Source of the DNA: Eledone cirrhosa
Taxonomy: Eukaryota
DNA: 64,000 nt
Assembly (NCBI GenBank): GCA_964016885.1
Contig: OZ024744.1
Span: 16,368,001-16,432,000 of the forward strand
Direction of reading: 5' to 3'
The translations under genes were made by a program, and so were the position numbers. Positions 52,801 to 61,511 of the stretch are shown in pieces (position 1 is the first letter of the stretch; each line of letters opens with the position of its first letter). The notes below the pieces were generated by a model. That model was given only the letters and a program-made list of their open reading frames with translations. It did no database searches and was not told the origin of the DNA.

Positions 52801-55800
52801 AAGGAATTTGGGGAAGGAGAGTATGAAGGAAGTTGGAGAAGGAGAATATGAAGGAAGTTGGGGAAGAAGGTATGAAGGAAGTTGGAGAAGGAGAGTATGA
52901 AGGAAGTTGGAGATGGAGAGTATGAAGTAAGTTGAAGAAGGAGAGTATGGAGGAAGTTGCGGAAGGAGAGTATGAAGGAAGTTGAAGAAGGAGAATCTGA
53001 AAGAATTTGGAGAAGGAGAGTATGAAGGAAGTTGGAGAAGGAGAATATGAAGGAAGTTGAAGGAGGAGAATATGAAGGAAGTTGGAGAAGGAGAGTGTGA
53101 AGGAAGTTGGAGAAGGAGAATATGAATCAAGTTGAAGGAGGAGAATATGAAGGAAGTTGGAGGAAGAGTGTATGAAGGAAGTTGGAGAAGGAGAGTATGA
53201 AGGAGGTTGGAGGTGAAGAGTATGAAGGAAGTTGGAGGAGGAGAGTATGAAGGAAGTTGGAGAAGGAGAATATGAAGGAAGTTGGAGAAGGAGAGTATGA
53301 AGGAAGTTGGAGAAGGATAATATGAAGGAAGTTGGAGAAGCCGAGTATCAAGGAAATTGGAGAAGGAGAGTATGAAGGAAGCTGGAAGAGGAGACTATGA
53401 AGAAGTATGGGAAGGAAGGTATGAAGGAATTTGGAGAAGGAGACTATGAAGGAAGTTGGAGAAGGATAGTATGAAGGAAGTTGGATAAGGAGAGTATGAA
53501 GGAAGTTGGAGAAGGAGAGCCTGTAGGAAGTTGGAGAAAGAGCGAATGAAGGAAGTTGGAGAAGGAGAGTATCAAGGAAGTTGAAGGAGGAGAATATGAA
53601 GGAAGTTGGGGAAGGAGAGTATGAAGGAAGTTGGAGAAGGAGAATATGAAGGAAGTTGGGGAAGAAGGTATGAAGGAAGTTGGAGAAGGAGAGTATGAAG
53701 GAAGTTGGAGATGGAGAGTATGAAGTAAGTTGAAGAAGGAGAGTATGGAGGAAGTTGCGGAAGGAGAGTATGAAGGAAGTTGAAGAAGGAGAATCTAAAA
53801 GAATTTGGAGAAGGAGAGTATGAAGGAAGTTGGAGAAGGAGAATATGAAGGAAGTTGAAGGAGGAGAATATGAAGGAAGTTGGAGAAGGAGAGTGTGAAG
53901 GAAGTTGGAGAAGGAGAATATGAATCAAGTTGAAGGAGGAGAATATGAAGGAAGTTGGAGGAAGAGTGTATGAAGGAAGTTGGAGAAGGAGAGTATGAAG
54001 GAGGTTGGAGGTGAAGAGTATGAAGGAAGTTGGAGGAGGAGAGTATGAAGGAAGTTGGAGAAGGAGAATATGAAGGAAGTTGGAGAAGGAGAGTATGAAG
54101 GAAGTTGGAGAAGGATAATATGAAGGAAGTTGGAGAAGCCGAGTATCAAGGAAATTGGAGAAGGAGAGTATGAAGGAAGCTGGAAGAGGAGACTATGAAG
54201 AAGTATGGGAAGGAAGGTATGAAGGAATTTGGAGAAGGAGACTATGAAGGAAGTTGGAGAAGGATAGTATGAAGGAAGTTGGATAAGGAGAGTATGAAGG
54301 AAGTTGGAGAAGGAGAATATGAAGGAATTTGGAGAAGGATAATATGAAGGTAGTTGCAGAAGGAGAGTATGAAGGAAGTTGGAGAAGGATAATATGAAGG
54401 AAATTGGAGAAGGAGAGTATGAAGGTGGTTGGAAGAGGAGAGTATGAAGGAAGTTGGAGAAGGAGAATATGAAGGAAGTTGGAGAAGGATAATATGAAGG
54501 AAGTTGGAGAAGGATAATATGAAGGAAGTTGGAGAAGGAGAGTATGAAGGAAGTTGGAAAAGGAGAGTATGAAGGAAGTTGAAGAAGGAAAGTATGAAGG
54601 AAGATGGAGAAGGAGAATATGAGGTAAGTTGGAGAAGTAGAGTATGAATGAAGTTGGAGAAGGAGAGTATGAAGGAAGTTGGAAAAGGAGCGTATGAAGG
54701 AATTTGGAGAAGGAGAGTATGAAGGAAGTTGAATAAGGAGAATATGAAGGAAGTTGGAGAAGGAGATTATGAAGGAAGTTGGAGAAGGATAGTATGAAGG
54801 AGGTTGGAGGAGGAGAATATGAAGGAAGTTGGAGAAGGAGAGTATGAAGAAAGTTGGAGAAGGAGAATATGAAGGATGTTGGGGAAGAAGGTATGAAGGA
54901 AGTTGGAGGAGGAGAGTATGAAGGAAGTTGCAGATGGAGAGTATGAAGGAAGTTGAAGAAGGAGAGTATGAAGGAAGTTGAAGGAGGAGAATATGAAGGA
55001 AGTTGGGGAAGGAGAGTATGAAGGAAGTTGGAGAAGGAGAATATGAAGGAAGTTGGGGAAGAAGGTATGAAGGAAATTGGAGAAGGAGAGTATGAAGGTG
55101 GTTGGAAGAGGAGAGTATGAAGGAAGTTGGAGAAGGAGAATATGAAGGAAGTTGGAGAAGGATAATATGAAGGAAGTTGGAGAAGGATAATATGAAGGAA
55201 GTTGGAGAAGGAGAGTATGAAGGAAGTTGGAAAAGGAGAGTATGAAGGAAGTTGAAGAAGGAAAGTATGAAGGAAGATGGAGAAGGAGAATATGAGGTAA
55301 GTTGGAGAAGTAGAGTATGAATGAAGTTGGAGAAGGAGAGTATGAAGGAAGTTGGAAAAGGAGCGTATGAAGGAATTTGGAGAAGGAGAGTATGAAGGAA
55401 GTTGAATAAGGAGAATATGAAGGAAGTTGGAGAAGGAGATTATGAAGGAAGTTGGAGAAGGATAGTATGAAGGAGGTTGGAGGAGGAGAATATGAAGGAA
55501 GTTGGAGAAGGAGAGTATGAAGAAAGTTGGAGAAGGAGAATATGAAGGATGTTGGGGAAGAAGGTATGAAGGAAGTTGGAGAAGGAGAGTATGAAGGAAG
55601 TTGCAGATGGAGAGTATGAAGGAAGTTGAAGAAGGAGAGTATGAAGGAAGTTGAAGGAGGAGAATATGAAGGAAGTTGGGGAAGGAGAGTATGAAGGAAG
55701 TTGGAGGAGAATATGAAGGAAGTTGGGGAAGAAGGTATGAAGGAAGTTGGAGAAGGAGAGTATGAAGGAAGTTGGAGATGGAGAGTATGAAGTAAGTTGA

Positions 55801-58800
55801 AGAAGGAGAGTATGGAGGAAGTTGCGGAAGGAGAGTATGAAGGAAGTTGAAGAAGGAGAATCTGAAAGAATTTGGAGAAGGAGAGTATGAAGGAAGTTGG
55901 AGAAGGAGAATATGAAGGAAGTTGAAGGAGGAGAATATGAAGGAAGTTGGAGAAGGAGAGTGTGAAGGAAGTTGGAGAAGGAGAATATGAATCAAGTTGA
56001 AGGAGGAGAATATGAAGGAAGTTGGAGGAAGAGTGTATGAAGGAAGTTGGAGAAGGAGAGTATGAAGGAGGTTGGAGGTGAAGAGTATGAAGGAAGTTGG
56101 AGGAGGAGAGTATGAAGGAAGTTGGAGAAGGATAATATGAAGGAAGTTGGAGAAGGAGAGTATGAAGGAGGTTGGAGGACGAAAGTATGAAGGAATTTGG
56201 AGAAGGATAATATGAAGGAAGTTGCAGAAGGAGAGTATGAAGGAAGTTGGAGAAGGAGAATATGAAGGAAGTTGAAGGAGGAGAATATGAAGTAAGTTGA
56301 AGAAGGAGAATATGAAGGAAGTTGGAGAAGGAGAGTATGAAGGAAGTTGAAGGAAGAAAATATTAAGGAAGTTGGGGAAGCAGAGTATGAAGGAAGTCGG
56401 AGAAGGAGAATATGAAGGAAGTTGAAGGAGGAGAATATGAAGGAAGTTGGAGAAGGATAATATGAAGGAAATTGGAGAAGGAGAGTATGAAGGTGGTTGG
56501 AAGAGGAGAGTATGAAGGAAGTTGGAGAAGGAGAATATGAAGGAAGTTGGAGAAGGATGATATGAAGGAAGTTGGAGAAGGATAATATGAAGGAAGTTGG
56601 AGAAGGAGAGTATGAAGGAAGTTGGAGAAGGAGAGTATGAAGGAAGTTGAAGAAGGAAAGTATGAAGGAAGTTGGAGAAGGAGAATATGAGGTATGTTGG
56701 AGAAGGAGAGTATGAATGAAGTTGGAGTACGAGAGTATGAAGGAAGATGGAGAAGGATAGTATGAAGGAAGTTGGAGAAGAAGATTATGAACGAAGCTGG
56801 AGAAGGAGAATATGAAGGAAGTTTAAGAAGGAGAATATTAAAGAAGTTGGAAAAGGAGAGTATGAAGAAGTATGGGAAGGAAGGTATGAAATAATTTGGA
56901 GAAGGAGAGTATGAAGGAAGTTGGAGAAAGAGAATCTGAAGGAAGTTGGAGAAGGAGTGTATGAAGGAAGTTTAAGAAGGAGAATAGGAAGGAAGTTGGA
57001 GAAGGAGAGTATGAAGGAAGTTGGAAAAGGAGATTATGAAGGAAGTTGGAGATGGAGAGTATGAAGGAAGTTGGAAAAGGAGCGTATGAAGGAATTTGGA
57101 GAAGGAGAGTATGAAGGAAGTTGAATAAGGAGAATATGAAGGAAGTTGGAGAAGGAGATTATGAAGGAAGTTGGAGAAGGATAGTATGAAGGAGGTTGGA
57201 GGAAGAAAATATGAAGGAAGTTGGAGAAGCAGAGTATGAAGGAAGTCGGAGAAGGAGAATATGAAGGAATTTGAAAGAGGAGAATATGAAGGAAGTTGGA
57301 GAAGGATAATATGAAGGAAATTGGAGAAGGAGAGTATGAAGGTGGTTGGAAGAGGAGAGTATGAAGGAAGTTGGAGAAGGAGAATATGAAGGAAGTTGGA
57401 GAAGGATGATATGAAGGAAGTTGGAGAAGGATAATATGAAGGAAGTTGGAGAAGGAGAGTATGAAGGAAGTTGGAGAAGGAGAGTATGAAGGAAGTTGAA
57501 GAAGGAAAGTATGAAGGAAGTTGGAGAAGGAGAATATGAGGTAAGTTGGAGAAGTAGAGTATGAATGAAGTTGGAGAAGGAGAGTATGAAGGAAGATGGA
57601 GAAGGATAGTATGAAGGAAGTTGGAGAAGAAGATTATGAACGAAGTTGGAGAAGGAGAATATGAAGCAAGTTGAAGAAGGAGAATATTAAAGAAGTTGGA
57701 AAAGGAGAGTATGAAGAAGTATGGGAAGGAAGGTATGAAGGATTTTGGAGAAGGAGAGTATGAAGGAAGTTGGAGAAAGAGAATCTGAAGGAAGTTGGAG
57801 AAGGAGTGTATGAAGGAAGTTTAATAAGGAGAATATGAAGGAAGTTGGAGAAGGAGAGTATGAAGGAAGTTGGAGCAGGACAATATGAAGGAAGTTGGAG
57901 AAGGAGAGAATGAAGGAAGTTGGAGAAGGAGAGTATGAAGGAAGTTGGGGAAGCAGAGTATGAAGGAAGTTGGAAAAGGAGATTATGAAGGAAGTTGGAG
58001 ATGGAGAGTATGAAGGAAGTTGGAAAAGGAGCGTATGAAGGAATTTGGAGAAGGAGAGTATGAAGGAAGTTGAATAAGGAGAATATGAAGGAAGTTGGAG
58101 AAGGAGATTATGAAGGAATTTGGAGAAGGATAGTATGAAGGAGGTTGGAGGAGGAGAATATGAAGGAAGTTGGAGAAGGAGAGTATGGAGAAAGTTGGAG
58201 AAGGAGAATATGAAGGATGTTGGGGAAGAAGGTATGAAGGAAGTTGGAGAAGGAGAGTATGAAGGAAGTTGCAGATGGAGAGTATGAAGGAAGTTGAAGA
58301 AGGAGAGTATGAAGGAAGTTGAAGGAGGAGAATATGAAGGAATTTGGGGAAGGAGAGTATGAAGGAAGTTGGAGAAGGAGAATATGAAGGAAGTTGGGGA
58401 AGAAGGTATGAAGGAAGTTGGAGAAGGAGAGTATGAAGGAAGTTGGAGATGGAGAGTATGAAGTAAGTTGAAGAAGGAGAGTATGGAGGAAGTTGCGGAA
58501 GGAGAGTATGAAGGAAGTTGAAGAAGGAGAATCTGAAAGAATTTGGAGAAGGAGAGTATGAAGGAAGTTGGAGAAGGAGAATATGAAGGAAGTTGAAGGA
58601 GGAGAATATGAATGAAGTTGGAGAAGGAGAGTGTGAAGGAAGTTGGAGAAGGAGAATATGAATCAAGTTGAAGGAGGAGAATATGAAGGAAGTTGGAGGA
58701 AGAGTGTATGAAGGAAGTTGGAGAAGGAGAGTATGAAGGAGGTTGGAGGTGAAGAGTATGAAGGAAGTTGGAGGAGGAGAGTATGAAGGAAGTTGGAGAA

Positions 58801-59851
58801 GGAGAATATGAAGGAAGTTGGAGAAGGAGAGTATGAAGGAAGTTGGAGAAGGATAATATGAAGGAAGTTGGAGAAGCCGAGTATCAAGGAAATTGGAGAA
58901 GGAGAGTATGAAGGAAGCTGGAAGAGGAGACTATGAAGAAGTATGGGAAGGAAGGTATGAAGGAATTTGGAGAAGGAGACTATGAAGGAAGTTGGAGAAG
59001 GATAGTATGAAGGAAGTTGGATAAGGAGAGTATGAAGGAAGTTGGAGAAGGAGAGCCTGTAGGAAGTTGGAGAAAGAGCGAATGAAGGAAGTTGGAGAAG
59101 GAGAGTATCAAGGAAGTTGAAGGAGGAGAATATGAAGGAAGTTGGGGAAGGAGAGTATGAAGGAAGTTGGAGAAGGAGAATATGAAGGAAGTTGGGGAAG
59201 AAGGTATGAAGGAAGTTGGAGAAGGAGAGTATGAAGGAAGTTGGAGATGGAGAGTATGAAGTAAGTTGAAGAAGGAGAGTATGGAGGAAGTTGCGGAAGG
59301 AGAGTATGAAGGAAGTTGAAGAAGGAGAATCTAAAAGAATTTGGAGAAGGAGAGTATGAAGGAAGTTGGAGAAGGAGAATATGAAGGAAGTTGAAGGAGG
59401 AGAATATGAAGGAAGTTGGAGAAGGAGAGTGTGAAGGAAGTTGGAGAAGGAGAATATGAATCAAGTTGAAGGAGGAGAATATGAAGGAAGTTGGAGGAAG
59501 AGTGTATGAAGGAAGTTGGAGAAGGAGAGTATGAAGGAGGTTGGAGGTGAAGAGTATGAAGGAAGTTGGAGGAGGAGAGTATGAAGGAAGTTGGAGAAGG
59601 AGAATATGAAGGAAGTTGGAGAAGGAGAGTATGAAGGAAGTTGGAGAAGGATAATATGAAGGAAGTTGGAGAAGCCGAGTATCAAGGAAATTGGAGAAGG
59701 AGAGTATGAAGGAAGCTGGAAGAGGAGACTATGAAAAAGTATGGGAAGGAAGGTATGAAGGAATTTGGAGAAGGAGACTATGAAGGAAGTTGGAGAAGGA
59801 TAGTATGAAGGAAGTTGGATAAGGAGAGTATGAAGGAAGTTGGAGAAGGAG
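49850..59851 (+). repeat. Higher-order duplication, period 5536 bp (5485 bp at its left part), each copy containing an internal 798-bp repeat
   Basis: ORF pairs 52447/57983, 53127/58663, 53572/59108 and 53925/59461 are all +5536, and 50510/55995 is +5485. Marker TATGAATCAAG recurs at +798 (ORF starts 53130/53928 and 58666/59464). Confidence 0.9.
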
Positions 59852-61511
59852 AGCCTGTAGGAAGTTGGAGAAAGAGCGAATGAAGGAAGTTGGAGAAGGA
59901 GAGTATCAAGGAAGTGGAATAAGGAGAATATGAAGGATGTTGGGGAAGGAGAGTATGAAGGAAGTTGGAGAAGGAGAGTATTAAGGAGGTTGAAGGAGCG
60001 GAATATGAAGGAGGTTGGAGAAGGAGAGTATGAAGGAAGTTGGAGATGGTGTGTATGAAGGAAGTTGAAGAAGGAGCGTATGAAGGAAGTAGGAGAAGGA
60101 GAGTATGAAGGAAGTTGGAGAAGGAGAATATGAATGAAGTGGGCAAGAAGGTATGAAGGAAGTTGCAGAAGGAGAATATGAAGGAAGTTGAAGGACGAGA
60201 ATATGAAGGAAGTTGAAGAAAGAGAATATGAAGGAAGTTGGACAAGGAGAGTATGAAGGAAGTTGGAGAAGGAGAGTATGAAGGAAGTTGGAGAACGAGA
60301 GTATGAAGGAAGTTGAAGAAGGAGAATATGAAGGAAGTTGGAGAAGGATAATATGAAGGAAGTTGGAGAAGGAGAGTATGAAGGAGGTTGGAGGACGAAA
60401 GTATGAAGGAATTTGGAGAAGGATAATATGAAGGAAGTTGCAGAAGGAGAGTATGAAGGAAGTTGGAGAAGGAGAATATGAAGGAAGTTGAAGGGGGAGA
60501 ATATGAAGTAAGTTGAAGAAGGAGAATATGAAGGAAGTTGGAGAAGGAGAGTATGAAGGAAGTTGAAGGAAGAAAATATTAAGGAAGTTGGAGAAGCAGA
60601 GTATGAAGGAAGTCGGAGAAGGAGAATATGAAGGAAGTTGAAGGAGGAGAATATGAAGGAAGTTGGAGAAGGATAATATGAAGGAAATTGGAGAAGGAGA
60701 GTATGAAGGTGGTTGGAAGAGGAGAGTATGAAGGAAGTTGGAGAAGGAGAATATGAAGGAAGTTGGAGAAGGATGATATGAAGGAAGTTGGAGAAGGATA
60801 ATATGAAGGAAGTTGGAGAAGGAGAGTATGAAGGAAGTTGGAGAAGGAGAGTATGAAGGAAGATGGAGAAGGATAGTATGAAGGAAGTTGGAGAAGAAGA
60901 TTATGAACGAAGCTGGAGAAGGAGAATATGAAGGAAGTTGAAGAAGGAGAATATTAAAGAAGTTGGAAAAGGAGAGTATGAAGAAGTATGGGAAGGAAGG
61001 TATGAAGGAATTTGGAGAAGGAGAGTATGAAGGAAGTTGGAGAAAGAGAATCTGAAGGAAGTTGGAGAAGGAGTGTATGAAGGAAGTTTAAGAAGGAGAA
61101 TAGGAAGGAAGTTGGAGAAGGAGAGTATGAAGGAAGTTGGAAAAGGAGATTATGAAGGAAGTTGGAGATGGAGAGTATGAAGGAAGTTGGAGAAGGAGAG
61201 TATGAAGGATGTTGAATAAGGAGAATATGAAGGAAGTTGGAGAAGGAGATTATGAAGGAAGTTGGAGAAGGATAGTATGAAGGAGGTTGGAGGAGGAGAA
61301 TATGAAGGAAGTTGGAGAAGGAGAGTATGAAGAAAGTTGGAGAAGGAGAATATAAAGGATGTTGGGGAAGAAGGTATGAAGGAAGTTGGAGAAGGAGACT
61401 ATGAAGGAAGTTGGAGAAGGAGAGTATGAAGGAAGTTGGAGAAGGAGACTATGAAGGAAGTTGGAGATGGAGATTATGAAGGAAGTTGGAGAAGGAGAAT
61501 ATGAAGGAAGT

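Larger units (their letters stand above)
1..61511 (+). repeat. 25-bp purine-rich satellite/minisatellite array, consensus GAAGGAAGTTGGAGAAGGAGAGTAT, ~2,460 head-to-tail monomers, truncated by the left window edge
   Basis: The monomer is readable throughout. Common variants: GTTGAA for GTTGGA, GAATAT or GAATCT for GAGTAT, GGAGGA for GAAGGA. The consensus has 11 G, 10 A, 4 T and 0 C. No inversion or foreign insert was seen. Copy number is estimated as length/25. Confidence 0.99.

Noticed and set aside
1281-60245. Long minus-strand ORFs (up to 1472 aa) as real genes for membrane or mucin-like proteins
   Set aside because: They overlap in several frames with the same repeat peptide, have no unique domain or termini, mostly use alternative starts, and end at sporadic point mutations. 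The stop-free 25-bp monomer explains them fully.
1-61511. Shine-Dalgarno-like AAGGAG just before ATG in each monomer, giving 17-codon mini-ORFs (MKEVGEGEYEGSWRRRV) with ATGA stop/start overlap, resembling a translationally coupled peptide array
   Set aside because: The spacing is only 3 nt in the consensus. Common variants destroy the ATG (TCTGA) or add stops (GTTGAA). The motif is expected in GA-rich DNA and there is no prokaryotic gene context.
1-61511. Telomerase-made long telomeric repeat (25-bp units exist in Kluyveromyces lactis)
   Set aside because: The sequence does not resemble those repeats. The G-rich strand runs into another satellite rather than a chromosome end. Heritable variants in kb-scale HORs indicate recombinational amplification rather than templated synthesis.
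1-61511. Canonical G-quadruplex array
   Set aside because: The consensus has only GG runs. GGG+ tracts are sporadic variants, so three-tier G4 motifs are not a general feature.
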